A stretch of 64,000 bases of DNA from Ignavibacteriaceae bacterium (GTDB lineage Bacteria > Bacteroidota > Ignavibacteria > Ignavibacteriales > Ignavibacteriaceae), in the NCBI GenBank assembly GCA_031292435.1, contig JARLHD010000054.1:560-64559 (forward strand), written 5' to 3'. Of this stretch, positions 1-10,293 are shown piece after piece. Every line of letters begins with the position of its first letter. The first letter of the stretch is position 1. A model generated the notes under the pieces. It saw nothing but the letters and a program-made list of their open reading frames with translations. It did not search any database and had not been told where the DNA came from. Made by a program: the position numbers and the translations under genes.

Positions 1-1
1 G

Positions 2-1162
2 GCATTCGGGAACATGTCGCAGAATAATGAGGTTACTATCTTAAAAGCTTCAGGGGTAAGCCTTTACAGAATTATTATTGCCCCGATATTAGGCGGGTTT
101 GTAGTAGGATATTTATTATTATTATTTAATAATGATGTACTGCCGGATGCAAATCACCAGGCAAAGGTACTTATGCAGGATATATCAAGACAAAAGCCTA
201 CACTTTCACTGGAACCGGGGGTATTTTCGCAGGAGGTTTCTAATTACGCAATATTGGTACGGGCAATTGATAAAAAAACAAATGAACTTACAGATGTGAC
301 TATTTATGATTACACTAATCCAAATAAAGTTAATGTGGTTACAGCACATCACGGAAGGATATATTTCTCAAAAGATCAGACAAAGCTTTTAATGGATCTG
401 CGGGACGGGGAGATACATGAATCAGGAGTAGGACAGACAAATCTTTACAGGAAAATTATTTTTGATAAGCATAGGATTGCAATGGATGCCGACCAGTTTT
501 CATTTCAGCAGTCAGCTCCCGGGGGACAAAGGGGTGACCGTGAGTTAAGCACTCATGCTATGAGTATGATTGTAGACAGCTTAAAAATTGACCGTGCTGT
601 TTATGATAAAGGACTAATGGAAGCTACCAATAAATATTTTTATGTGAATTCAGAATATACAAACAGTATTCCTGTTGTTGCCAATATTTATACGAAAGAT
701 CTGATTCTAACAAGGGCAATAGAAAAAATTCAGACAGCTAAGATTGCAGTCCTTTTTAATTACAACAGAATTGAGGAAAAGCAGAAACAAATTGACCGGT
801 ATGATGTAGAAATAAATAAGAAATATGCTTTGCCAGCAGCATGTGTGATCTTTATTTTGCTGGGTGCTCCCCTGGGGGTAATGGTAAGGAAAGGCGGGTT
901 TGGAATGGCGGCAAGTATAAGTCTTTTCTTTTTTGTTATTTACTGGGCATTTCTTATAGGGGGGGAAAAGCTTGCAGACAGAGATATGTTATCTCCATTC
1001 TGGGGAATGTGGAGTGCAAATGTTTTCCTGGGAATATTAGGACTTATATTATTAATAAAAGCTGCAAAGGAAGCTGTTATCATTAAATTTGATTTCATAT
1101 TAAAGTTAATTCCCAAACAGTGGAGAGAATTGGGACAGAATACGGATGAATCAAATCAATGA
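2..1162 (+). CDS. LptF/LptG-family (YjgP/YjgQ) LPS export permease, 5'-truncated by the window edge
   Basis: The frame is open from nt 2. The listed Met at 14 lies just before 'ILKASGVSLYRI'. The matching 'AIKASGISMYRF' segment sits about 90 aa into the paralog at 1159..2241, so the N-terminus is missing here. The C-terminus is a multi-TM block. ATGA stop/start overlap with the next gene. Confidence 0.8.
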   Translation, partial: AFGNMSQNNEVTILKASGVSLYRIIIAPILGGFVVGYLLLLFNNDVLPDANHQAKVLMQDISRQKPTLSLEPGVFSQEVSNYAILVRAIDKKTNELTDVTIYDYTNPNKVNVVTAHHGRIYFSKDQTKLLMDLRDGEIHESGVGQTNLYRKIIFDKHRIAMDADQFSFQQSAPGGQRGDRELSTHAMSMIVDSLKIDRAVYDKGLMEATNKYFYVNSEYTNSIPVVANIYTKDLILTRAIEKIQTAKIAVLFNYNRIEEKQKQIDRYDVEINKKYALPAACVIFILLGAPLGVMVRKGGFGMAASISLFFFVIYWAFLIGGEKLADRDMLSPFWGMWSANVFLGILGLILLIKAAKEAVIIKFDFILKLIPKQWRELGQNTDESNQ

Positions 1163-2241
1163 AAATATTAGATAAGTATTTAGCAAAACAATTCTTACTG
1201 ACCATCTTTTTTGGACTAATTGCATTTACATTAATTTTTGTAATTCTTAATATGATGGAAAACCTTGATGATTTCATAGATCAAAGTGTTCCGGCAACAA
1301 TTATATTCCATTATTATCTTGTTTTTTCTCCTGAGATTATCCGTCTTATAACACCTGTTGCTGTACTTTTTGCCGCTCTTTTTGTAGCGGGTAAATCATC
1401 AAGTTCAAGTGAGCTAACGGCAATTAAAGCAAGTGGGATAAGCATGTACCGGTTTATGCTTCCTTTCCTGATAACCGCCTTTTTAATTAGCATGCTGTCG
1501 ATTTATTTTTCAGGGTATGTTGTTCCATTGGCTAATAAAATAAAGGCAAACCTTGAAGTAACATACCTGAAACGGGGATTAAACTATGCCGGTGCTAATT
1601 TATTCTTCCAGGATTCTAAATCAAGAATTGTAAATGTTGCATTCTTTGATAATACTTCGGATCAGGCGGTGAGGGTAAGTATTCAGGAATTCCAGCCTGA
1701 TGATCCTACCAAAATGGTTTCCAGGATAGATGCATCAAAGATGGTTTATGATACTTTAAGCAAGAATTGGATTGCAAGGAACGGAGTAAGAAGAATTTTT
1801 CTTGAGAATGGAGAGAACACTACTTACTTTGATACATTGAGGTTAAACTATCTGGGTTTTACACCTAAAGAACTGGATACGAAACAACAGAAAATTGAAG
1901 AGATGAATTTTGATGATCTGAAGAAATATATAAAAACCCAGCAGCAGGCGGGTAATGATCCAACCGATACTTTGATTGAATATTATTCAAGATATTCATT
2001 TTCGATGGCAAGTTTTATAATTGTTTTTTTCGGACTGCCGATATCAGCCAATAAGCGGAGGGGCGGTGTTGCAGTTCATGTGGGTATAAATATTTTAGTA
2101 ACTTTTATTTACCTGGTATTTATGAAAATAAGCGAAGCATTCGGAAAGAATGATGCTATGAATCCTATTCTGACTGCCTGGCTTGCAAATTTAATATTCC
2201 TGGCTGCTGCTATTTACAATCTTCCTAAAATGCGCCAGTGA
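1159..2241 (+). CDS. LptF/LptG-family (YjgP/YjgQ) LPS export permease
   Basis: 360 aa. N-terminal TM helices, a central soluble domain and C-terminal TM helices. Paralogous to the upstream ORF and translationally coupled to it (ATGA). Confidence 0.8.
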   Translation: MKILDKYLAKQFLLTIFFGLIAFTLIFVILNMMENLDDFIDQSVPATIIFHYYLVFSPEIIRLITPVAVLFAALFVAGKSSSSSELTAIKASGISMYRFMLPFLITAFLISMLSIYFSGYVVPLANKIKANLEVTYLKRGLNYAGANLFFQDSKSRIVNVAFFDNTSDQAVRVSIQEFQPDDPTKMVSRIDASKMVYDTLSKNWIARNGVRRIFLENGENTTYFDTLRLNYLGFTPKELDTKQQKIEEMNFDDLKKYIKTQQQAGNDPTDTLIEYYSRYSFSMASFIIVFFGLPISANKRRGGVAVHVGINILVTFIYLVFMKISEAFGKNDAMNPILTAWLANLIFLAAAIYNLPKMRQ

Positions 2242-2244
2242 TAT

Positions 2245-3651
2245 TTAGTCTATCTTCCATCTTGATCCAAAGGCAACAGTATACATTTTAGCTGAGTTAC
2301 CCATAACAACCTGGTTCATATCGGACGTAGCAAAGTTAAACTCAATCAGACCGGTTTCAAGTCCAAGGCCAACCGCCCAGCCAAATCCGTCCAGTCCACC
2401 CACTGAGAAACCTGTGCGGACATTTATCCATCCGAAAGGTATCCATTCAGCACCAACGGAAAATCTTGGTGTAACACTATTGCCGGGGTAGTCATTAAAT
2501 CCCTGATTATAATCAAAGGCAAGAAGCATAGAGCCGGGGACAACATGATCAAGATAATAGGATGCGCCTGCTCTTAGGGCTGTTGGTAGGCTTGTTGAGA
2601 AACCATTTGTATAGTCACCTTTACCAATCATTTTATTTTTTATTGTATCTAGCTGATTTTTGTCAGTTAAATCAGTAATTGAAAAATTACCGGTGGCAGA
2701 ATATTTAGCAGTATATGTATCCCATTTAATGCTTCCAATATCTGTAATGGAAAGAGAAAATCTCCACACTTTATCCATCGATGCAGCAACTCCAAGATCG
2801 AAACCAAGACCTGTACCGGCAGGTTTAGGAAAGAATCCCATATTCGACTTAGTATTGGATGAATCAAATCCATATACTGAGCCAAAACTTGGTGAAAAGG
2901 CAGCATAACCAACCATATCTGCATTACCGCCAATCTGGTTTTGACTGCCTGTGCTTAAATCTGTATTCATATGATCCATTCCTGCATAAAAGAACCCATT
3001 AACCATTTTAATCGAAGCACCTACAGCAATCTGATCAAAGATCTTTTGATCAATTTCGGGAAGGTCCCTGGCATAGGATAGCGAATACATTCTTAACCAC
3101 CAGCTTTTTGTAGCAGCATCGTTAAAAGAATAAACCTGATTTGTCTGGTTGCCATTTAGTCCTAATTCTATAAGAGATTTGGGAACGGTAAAACTAACGG
3201 CGAAATAATCTGCCATTGAAAAAGCAAAAGCTCCTATATTGGGTTTGGCTTTATACATGGCAGAAAATTCATTAATTGATACATCAGCAAAGACGCGTCC
3301 TCCGTTACTGAAAAGATCGGACAATCTTTGTTTATCAGCAGGAGTTAATATCCTTGCATTACCATTATCCCCTCCAAAGAAATATTTAAAGTCTTCAAAT
3401 GACATAAAATTATCTCCTGCTTTCATTGTAAGAGAGGGCATGGGGAATACGGTTGAGAATTCAAAATGATTAGCCGGTGAAAACATCATATTAGCAGGAT
3501 TTATCCCGACTGCATAAATTCCTGATGTAGTGGCATTATAGGTTTTAGCTAAACTCATACTTCTTGCATCTACTGATCCGACTGAACCATACTGAGCAAA
3601 AGATGTGAAGGATAGAGTTAGCAGTACTATAGTTGTAAATATTATTTTCAT
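2245..3651 (-). CDS. Outer-membrane beta-barrel protein of unknown function (PorV/FadL/TraF-like N-terminal motif)
   Basis: Start trimmed to Met18 (MKIIFTTIVLLTLSFTSFAQ signal peptide), which removes the overlap with the upstream gene. Gly/aromatic-rich alternating pattern. C-terminal '...AFGSRWKID'. N-terminal 'DARSMSLA...GINPANMM' resembles the PorV-like protein at 26913. Confidence 0.55.
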   Translation of the reverse strand: MKIIFTTIVLLTLSFTSFAQYGSVGSVDARSMSLAKTYNATTSGIYAVGINPANMMFSPANHFEFSTVFPMPSLTMKAGDNFMSFEDFKYFFGGDNGNARILTPADKQRLSDLFSNGGRVFADVSINEFSAMYKAKPNIGAFAFSMADYFAVSFTVPKSLIELGLNGNQTNQVYSFNDAATKSWWLRMYSLSYARDLPEIDQKIFDQIAVGASIKMVNGFFYAGMDHMNTDLSTGSQNQIGGNADMVGYAAFSPSFGSVYGFDSSNTKSNMGFFPKPAGTGLGFDLGVAASMDKVWRFSLSITDIGSIKWDTYTAKYSATGNFSITDLTDKNQLDTIKNKMIGKGDYTNGFSTSLPTALRAGASYYLDHVVPGSMLLAFDYNQGFNDYPGNSVTPRFSVGAEWIPFGWINVRTGFSVGGLDGFGWAVGLGLETGLIEFNFATSDMNQVVMGNSAKMYTVAFGSRWKID

Positions 3652-3661
3652 TGTCATCCTT

Positions 3662-5245
3662 CTAATTCTTTTTGACTCTGTATGAAACTTTTCCAAAGAC
3701 ATTTAATTTAATCCAATCACTCGCATGGACTACCACGGGAATATTATTATTATGCGATGTTTCTATGGTTACCGAAATAATTGCATGCTGTGCATTTTGT
3801 GCAAATTGTTTTATCTGTAAAGTATCAAGTGAAAGGGTTGTGGAAGAAGAGGAATACATAGAATAATTACCATTATTATCAGTAACTGCACCTGCAATAC
3901 TAACCGAATCGGTTCCATTATTATTTTTAGTAATTGCGAATGGTGCTCCATTTATAAGCAGGGGATGATAGTTCATATCAGTTAGTATAACCTTTATCCA
4001 GGTATTGAGAGGAATAGCATTCTGAATGTCAACAGAAAGTTGCGCCCCCTGGCTCTTAACGATCTGATCCCTGTTATCCTGATCCATATTAATATCTACC
4101 GTATCAACAAAAGTAACCTGCTTAATACTTAAAACACTTTTTGAAGTGAATCTTGTTGTAAAGGTTATGTTATCATTTATTCCAACAGTTTTGTAGTCAG
4201 GGTTATTATCAGGATTCATTACATATTCGGCGCTGACATAAATGGAATCAGGAAGGAAGGTAATAAAACTGGTTATATTACTATTGCTCTCGTTATATTC
4301 AGTAGAATAATTTCCTGAAGCATCGAATCTGAATGAATTTGATTCAGGGTTAGTGAATTTGAGAGTGTCTGCCAGTTGACTATCATTTCTTTTGCCAACA
4401 AGATGCAGATTATTAATTCCAACAATAAAGGGAGTTAGAGACTGAGAATTAAATTTTCCATTTAGAAACAAAGAAGCTGTTTTCAGAACAACTTTATCTC
4501 TGTATTTGGTAGCGTCACCAATACTTAAAGAAAAACTACTTCCATGTGTTCCAAGCGATTTGGTAGGAAGATAACCCGTGATCGATGTGAAATTGAAATC
4601 TGATGTATAGGATTCGAAACTTATCTTAGGATGCCCCAAAGATGAAGAAGCAGAGGGTTTTAGCCACAATTGACCATCATAGGAAGGGTCCTGGACTATG
4701 GGCTGCGCATAAGAACAATTTTCAAAGCTATAACTCTGTGTTATGCTTGGAGTGTTGGCAGGAACGGTAAGCTGAGCAGGAAAAGGAGAACCATTCTTGG
4801 TAATACCGGGAAAATTGATTGTTAATTGTACATCTGTTGTAGTAGTATTATGTGCTACAATTTTAAATATACCCTTAGAAATTTCTGCATTTTTTAACTT
4901 TGCTCCTTCCGGAAACTGGAGATATGTATCAGGTGCGGGGTTACCTGCAATGACTGAAACCGAGGGAGTTGATGTTTCAGTATTTACCACCATGAAAGCA
5001 GATATGGCTACATTCTGACTTAGTGAATCACCGGATATCATATAAGTACTGTCCTGAGAATTTATGCTAATATAATCCTGGGATTTAATAATATCGCTGA
5101 GTTTATAATTTTTAGTAGTAATTGGTAAGTTAAGATCGGTATCCCATTGCGGCATAATGACATCGGATGGAAGAGAGACACACCCAGAAATTATTAGTGC
5201 CAAAAAAGAAATACTGCCAAATATATACAAATAGAATTTTTGCAT
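3662..5245 (-). CDS. Lipoprotein of unknown function
   Basis: Lipobox 'LIISGC' after a hydrophobic leader. GAGG RBS 3 nt upstream of the ATG. Ser/Thr/Asn-rich, beta-rich composition. Stop lies 10 nt before the start of the barrel gene. Confidence 0.6.
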   Translation of the reverse strand: MQKFYLYIFGSISFLALIISGCVSLPSDVIMPQWDTDLNLPITTKNYKLSDIIKSQDYISINSQDSTYMISGDSLSQNVAISAFMVVNTETSTPSVSVIAGNPAPDTYLQFPEGAKLKNAEISKGIFKIVAHNTTTTDVQLTINFPGITKNGSPFPAQLTVPANTPSITQSYSFENCSYAQPIVQDPSYDGQLWLKPSASSSLGHPKISFESYTSDFNFTSITGYLPTKSLGTHGSSFSLSIGDATKYRDKVVLKTASLFLNGKFNSQSLTPFIVGINNLHLVGKRNDSQLADTLKFTNPESNSFRFDASGNYSTEYNESNSNITSFITFLPDSIYVSAEYVMNPDNNPDYKTVGINDNITFTTRFTSKSVLSIKQVTFVDTVDINMDQDNRDQIVKSQGAQLSVDIQNAIPLNTWIKVILTDMNYHPLLINGAPFAITKNNNGTDSVSIAGAVTDNNGNYSMYSSSSTTLSLDTLQIKQFAQNAQHAIISVTIETSHNNNIPVVVHASDWIKLNVFGKVSYRVKKN

Positions 5246-5349
5246 AGGACCTCTTTACAAATTCAATTAAAATCGATTGGGTTATAGCTTTAAGCTACAA
5301 GAAGAAGAGGCAAGTATTATACCATTATTATTGCGGAAAAAACTGCTAT

Positions 5350-5383
5350 TAATTGAAAATAAATTCTACGTTATGTAGAATTT
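5350..5383 (-). terminator. Rho-independent terminator candidate downstream of the DUF3467 gene
   Basis: Stem AAATTCTAC (5361-5369) pairs with GTAGAATTT (5375-5383), 5-nt loop. On the minus strand it is followed by ATTTTC. Confidence 0.5.
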
Positions 5384-5442
5384 ACCTTCAATTAAAAAAT
5401 ACAGATATTTTTTACCGAATAATAAGTAATATCTTCAGTGGA

Positions 5443-5766
5443 CTAATTCGGTTTTTCGTCCTTATTGGCAGGTACAAACCCAAAATGCTGGTTGGGCGGA
5501 GCATCTATTCTGATTTCGCCAAATCTGGCTTCAAACTTATCAATATTTTCTTTTAATGCTTTCATAAGCATTTTTGCGTGTTGCGGTGTTGTAATAATAC
5601 GTGACAAAACCTTTGCTTTGGGAACACCGGGAACAATTCGTGTAAAATCTATAATAAATTCTGCGGGAGAATGGGTAATAATGGCGAGATTTGAGTAGAT
5701 TCCTTCTGCTTCTTTTTCACCCAATTCTATATTTATTTGCTGGCCTTGCGGCGGATTTTGATTCAT
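5443..5766 (-). CDS. DUF3467-family small protein
   Basis: 107 aa. 'GIYSNLAIITHSPAEFIIDF...PKAKVLSRIITTPQHAKMLMKALKENI' matches my recollection of the DUF3467 pattern. Confidence 0.65.
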   Translation of the reverse strand: MNQNPPQGQQINIELGEKEAEGIYSNLAIITHSPAEFIIDFTRIVPGVPKAKVLSRIITTPQHAKMLMKALKENIDKFEARFGEIRIDAPPNQHFGFVPANKDEKPN

Positions 5767-5783
5767 TTTATAAGAATATCCTT

Positions 5784-6953
5784 TTATTTACTTTTTCTTA
5801 ACTGGTCAACCTTATCATATGCATCTTTTGCCTTATCCGGCATGCCTACTATAGCATATACTTTTCCTAAAAGATCCCAGACCTTAATATCCTGGCTGTC
5901 AATCTGTGTATAATGCTCAAGGTACGGTATAGCCTGACGATATTTATCTTTATATGAATCTCCTTTATCTCCTTTATCCTCAGCTTCCTTATTTATTTCT
6001 GTTCCCCACTTTACATAAGAAACAGCAATATTATAAATTGCATTCTGATAATTAGGATCAATTTCCAATGCCTTATTAAATTGTTTTATAGCATCCTCAT
6101 ATTTTTCAGCACCTAATAAAACGACTCCATAATTATATAAATTTTCTTTTTTAGGATCGCTTTCTGCAAGAGATTTAAATGCATCAATTGCAACTGATAA
6201 TCTATTGGAGGCTACATAAGCTGAAGATAAAGTACTAAGCAATTTGGTATCATTTGGAAACTTTGCCCTTCCCTCTTCGAGAACTGTGATGGCTTTATTA
6301 AAATCTTCCATGTAGCCAATACTATCCTGGACATTTTTACTCTTAGTGTAACTCTCTTTCAAACGGTTTCCCTTATCATAATAGATACTTCCAAGATATA
6401 CATAGCCATCTGAAGATTTGCCAAGTTCTGTATATTTTTCAAGTGGTTTAATAGCTTTATCATAATTTTGCTGAGACATATACACTAAGGAAAGAAGATA
6501 ATAGGTGTATGCGGAATCAGGAATAACCATTACAGCATTTTCAAACGCAGTAGCTGCTTTATTTAAATTTATTTTAATACTATCTTGGTTTTTATTACTT
6601 GATACTCTTTTAAAATACGCTGCCCCTGATTGTGTAAGTGTATACCAATAATGAACTTTTTGATTATTTATATCCTTTTCAAATTTTTTGCTTATGGCTA
6701 AGGATTTATTGTAAGAATCAACCATTTGATCATACTGTCCTCTTTCACCGTAAATGCCCCCCATAAGGTAATATCCTTCATCGCTTTGCGGGTTTTTCTC
6801 AACTTCTTTTTTGAGAACTTCCAGGGCTTTATCATAATTTTTCTGCTGTATATATAATTTAGCACTTGTAAGTTCAGTTGATGAACATTGAAAACCGGTA
6901 AAGATAATACCGAGGAAAAGTGCGGCAATTACAATTATTTTTGAACTTTGCAT
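5784..6953 (-). CDS. Tetratricopeptide-repeat lipoprotein
   Basis: Start trimmed to Met7 (GGAG RBS 5 nt upstream). Signal peptide ends in lipobox-like 'FTGFQC'. Repeated 'Y..lg..Y...g.yd.Ai..f.kal' TPR units throughout. Confidence 0.7.
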   Translation of the reverse strand: MQSSKIIVIAALFLGIIFTGFQCSSTELTSAKLYIQQKNYDKALEVLKKEVEKNPQSDEGYYLMGGIYGERGQYDQMVDSYNKSLAISKKFEKDINNQKVHYWYTLTQSGAAYFKRVSSNKNQDSIKINLNKAATAFENAVMVIPDSAYTYYLLSLVYMSQQNYDKAIKPLEKYTELGKSSDGYVYLGSIYYDKGNRLKESYTKSKNVQDSIGYMEDFNKAITVLEEGRAKFPNDTKLLSTLSSAYVASNRLSVAIDAFKSLAESDPKKENLYNYGVVLLGAEKYEDAIKQFNKALEIDPNYQNAIYNIAVSYVKWGTEINKEAEDKGDKGDSYKDKYRQAIPYLEHYTQIDSQDIKVWDLLGKVYAIVGMPDKAKDAYDKVDQLRKSK

Positions 6954-7143
6954 TCTTACTCCATTTGACAAAAATTAACATTCAAAGTTATGACTTTAGG
7001 GATGTATAGTCAAGAATTTTTAAGGCAATACTTTATCAAAGAGGCGTAAATTGTTGTTAATATAAGATGAATTTTATAAGAGATTTTAGTTAATTGATTT
7101 TGCGCCTATAATACAATATTTTTACATATAAAAAGAGGAAAAA

Positions 7144-8268
7144 TTGACTACAGAACAAATCATCAGATCCGCTCCCAAAGTTCTCTTGCACGATCATCTT
7201 GATGGAGGTCTAAGACCGTCTACAGTTATTGAATTAGCAAATGATCTTAAATATAATAAGCTTCCTACAAAAGATGCCGGTGAATTGGGAGAATGGTTTC
7301 ATCTGGGAGCAAATAAAGGAAACCTCGTAGAATATCTTCAGGGATTTGAACATACTTGTGCAGTAATGCAAACAAAGGAAGCCCTTACTCGTGTTGCCTA
7401 TGAAATGATGGAAGATATGAAGAATGATGGTGTATGTTATGTTGAAACTAGGTTTGCTCCTGTTTTTTCTACATCAAAAGGACTTTATCATGAAGATATT
7501 GTTAATGCAGTTCTTGAAGGTCTGGAAAAGGGGAAGAGAGATTTCGGTGTAGGATATGGTCTGATTCTCTGCGGAATGCGCAATATGAAAAACACTCTTG
7601 AAATTGCTGAGCTGGCAATTGATTTTCGGAACCAGGGAGTGGTAGGGTTTGATTTAGCAGGAGAGGAAGGCGGATATCCGCCAAAAAAACATATAGAAGC
7701 TTTCCAGTTTATTCAAAGGGCAAATTTCAATATAACAATTCATGCCGGTGAAGCATTTGGCAAGGAATCAATATGGCAGGCAATTCAATGGTGCGGTGCT
7801 CATCGTATAGGACATGCTACTCATCTAAAGGAAGATTTCAAATTTGATAAAGATGGGAATATAGTTGCTTTTGGAGATCTGGCGCAATATGTTCTTGATA
7901 AAAGAATTCCTCTTGAAATCTGTTTGCTCAGCAACGTTCATACAGGCGCTGTAGATAAAATTGAAAATCATCCATTTGGAATATTATTTAAGGAAAAATT
8001 CAGGGTTACTATAAATACTGACGACAGGTTAATGAGTAATACAACTATGACAAAGGAGTTTCTTACTGCTATTGAGCATTTTAATCTTAACCTTGAGGAT
8101 ATTGAGAAGATCACTATCAACTCTATGAAATCCGCATTTATCCCCTACAAGGAAAGACTGCACTATATATATAATGTAATAAAACCGGGTTTCCAGTCAA
8201 TTAAAGACAAATTATTTTCATTCAAATCATATACAGAAAACTATGAAGAAACTATTCACAAACTATAA
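7144..8268 (+). CDS. add: Adenosine deaminase
   Basis: TTG start after an AGAGGA RBS. Metal/catalytic motifs 'LHDHLDGG', 'HAGE' and 'NTDD' are present. Confidence 0.85.
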   Translation: MTTEQIIRSAPKVLLHDHLDGGLRPSTVIELANDLKYNKLPTKDAGELGEWFHLGANKGNLVEYLQGFEHTCAVMQTKEALTRVAYEMMEDMKNDGVCYVETRFAPVFSTSKGLYHEDIVNAVLEGLEKGKRDFGVGYGLILCGMRNMKNTLEIAELAIDFRNQGVVGFDLAGEEGGYPPKKHIEAFQFIQRANFNITIHAGEAFGKESIWQAIQWCGAHRIGHATHLKEDFKFDKDGNIVAFGDLAQYVLDKRIPLEICLLSNVHTGAVDKIENHPFGILFKEKFRVTINTDDRLMSNTTMTKEFLTAIEHFNLNLEDIEKITINSMKSAFIPYKERLHYIYNVIKPGFQSIKDKLFSFKSYTENYEETIHKL

Positions 8269-8578
8269 CTTTGAATTCGATAAAAATGAAAAAAGACTGC
8301 TCTCAACATTCTTAAAACAAACATTAAAACAAATTCAGGGAGACAATAAGTTTTTTGCTGAAAACAAAGCCTTTGGCTCAATTCTCGAAAAGGTTAACAG
8401 CAATGAAGCTACAGTAAAATTAACTAAAGATGAAAGGACAAAGCTTAAATTTCAGCTTGAGAATAACCTAAAGTTCTTACAGAAACAAATGAGCAAAGCC
8501 TGGTTCATAAAGAGATGGATTTATAAATCAATGGTAGTACAATATGAAAAATTATTGGAGAATCATTTTAAGGGATAG
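8243..8578 (+). CDS. Hypothetical Lys/Glu-rich helical protein
   Basis: 111-aa ORF that fills the add-hutU gap exactly and overlaps the add 3' end by 26 nt. No recognisable motif. Confidence 0.4.
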   Translation: MKKLFTNYNFEFDKNEKRLLSTFLKQTLKQIQGDNKFFAENKAFGSILEKVNSNEATVKLTKDERTKLKFQLENNLKFLQKQMSKAWFIKRWIYKSMVVQYEKLLENHFKG

Positions 8579-8581
8579 GAA

Positions 8582-10246
8582 TTGATTTCTGCAGAAGAAA
8601 AATTATTAATAAGAGCGCCCAGAGGGAGTAAACTTTCCTGCAAAGGATGGATTCAGGAGGCAGCCTTAAGGATGTTAATGAATAATCTTGACCCTGATGT
8701 TGCTGAAAATCCTGCTGAACTGGTTGTTTACGGCGGGAAGGGAAAGGCTGCAAGAAACTGGGAATGTTATGAGGCTATTATCAATTCTCTTCGTGAACTT
8801 GAGAATGATGAAACTCTGCTGGTTCAGTCAGGCAAACCGGTTGGAATTTTCAAAACTCATTGGAATGCTCCTAGAGTTTTAATTTCTAATTCTATGCTGG
8901 TCCCAGACTGGGCTAAATGGGATGAATTCAGAAGACTTGAATCGCTGGGGTTAACAATGTATGGTCAAATGACTGCAGGCAGCTGGATATATATTGGATC
9001 TCAGGGAATACTTCAGGGAACTTATGAGACTTTTTCAGAATGCGGAAAGAAATATTTTAATGGATCATTAAAAGGGAAGTTCATTCTAACAGCAGGATTA
9101 GGAGGGATGGGCGGAGCTCAACCATTAGCTGCAACTATGAACGGAGCTGCATTTTTAGGAATTGATGTAAATAAGGAACGATTGAAAAAAAGAATCGACA
9201 CTGGTTACTTAGATCAATTTACTGATAACCTTGACCACGCTCTTGAACTTGTTCTCCAGGCTAAACTTAATAATCAGGCTTTGTCAGTTGGTTTATTGGG
9301 AAATGCCGGTGAAATATTGCCCAAAATATTAGAAAGAAATATAACCCCGGATATTTTAACTGATCAAACTTCGGCACATGATACTCTCAATGGATATGTT
9401 CCAATGGGTATGAGTTATGAAGAAGCTTTAGTTTTACGAAAGAATGATCCTGATAGTTATATAATGAAAGCAAAGCAGACCATCGTTCAACATGTTAAAT
9501 CAATGCTTGAGTTCAGAAAAAAAGGTGCAATTACTTTTGATTATGGAAACAATATCAGAGGAGAAGCAAAAGAAAATGGTGTAAGCGATGCATTCGATAT
9601 CCCTGGTTTTGTTCCTGAATTTATACGCCCTTTATTCTGTGATGGTAAAGGTCCTTTCCGCTGGGTTGCATTATCAGGAAACCCTGAAGATATATTTGTT
9701 ACTGATAATGCTGTAAAGAAAGCATTTCCTGAGAATAAAGCATTATGTAATTGGATTGATCTGGCACAAAAGAAAGTTCAATTTCAGGGACTTCCGGCTA
9801 GGATCTGTTGGCTTGGTTACGGTGAAAGGGCAAAAATGGGGAAAATATTTAATGACTTAGTGGCTGAAAAAAAAGTAGGCGCACCTATAGTCATAGGAAG
9901 AGATCACCTCGATTGTGGTTCTGTAGCTTCCCCTAACAGAGAAACTGAAGGAATGATTGATGGCAGTGATGCTATCGCTGATTGGCCAATTCTTAATGCT
10001 TTGCTTAATGCTACAGGCGGTGCAAGCTGGGTTTCTGTACACCATGGCGGAGGTGTTGGGATTGGAAAATCCATTCATGCCGGTATGGTGGTTGTTGCTG
10101 ACGGAACAAAAGAAGCTGAAGTAAGACTTCAAAGGGTGCTGACTTATGACCCGGGAATGGGTATTATGCGCCATGCTGATGCCGGATACGGTCAGGCAAT
10201 TGAAAATGCGAAATCAATGGGCGTTAATATTCCCATGATTAAATAA
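8582..10246 (+). CDS. hutU: Urocanate hydratase
   Basis: 554 aa. '[42 protein letters not shown]' and '[12 protein letters not shown]' are typical of urocanase. Confidence 0.9.
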   Translation: MISAEEKLLIRAPRGSKLSCKGWIQEAALRMLMNNLDPDVAENPAELVVYGGKGKAARNWECYEAIINSLRELENDETLLVQSGKPVGIFKTHWNAPRVLISNSMLVPDWAKWDEFRRLESLGLTMYGQMTAGSWIYIGSQGILQGTYETFSECGKKYFNGSLKGKFILTAGLGGMGGAQPLAATMNGAAFLGIDVNKERLKKRIDTGYLDQFTDNLDHALELVLQAKLNNQALSVGLLGNAGEILPKILERNITPDILTDQTSAHDTLNGYVPMGMSYEEALVLRKNDPDSYIMKAKQTIVQHVKSMLEFRKKGAITFDYGNNIRGEAKENGVSDAFDIPGFVPEFIRPLFCDGKGPFRWVALSGNPEDIFVTDNAVKKAFPENKALCNWIDLAQKKVQFQGLPARICWLGYGERAKMGKIFNDLVAEKKVGAPIVIGRDHLDCGSVASPNRETEGMIDGSDAIADWPILNALLNATGGASWVSVHHGGGVGIGKSIHAGMVVVADGTKEAEVRLQRVLTYDPGMGIMRHADAGYGQAIENAKSMGVNIPMIK

Positions 10247-10293
10247 TAAAGTTTAATAAAAATTAATCCTATTAACATTAACAAGGTTATAAT

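Noticed and set aside
5353-5556. 67-aa plus-strand ORF
   Set aside because: It spans the terminator hairpin and runs antisense into the DUF3467 gene. No RBS.
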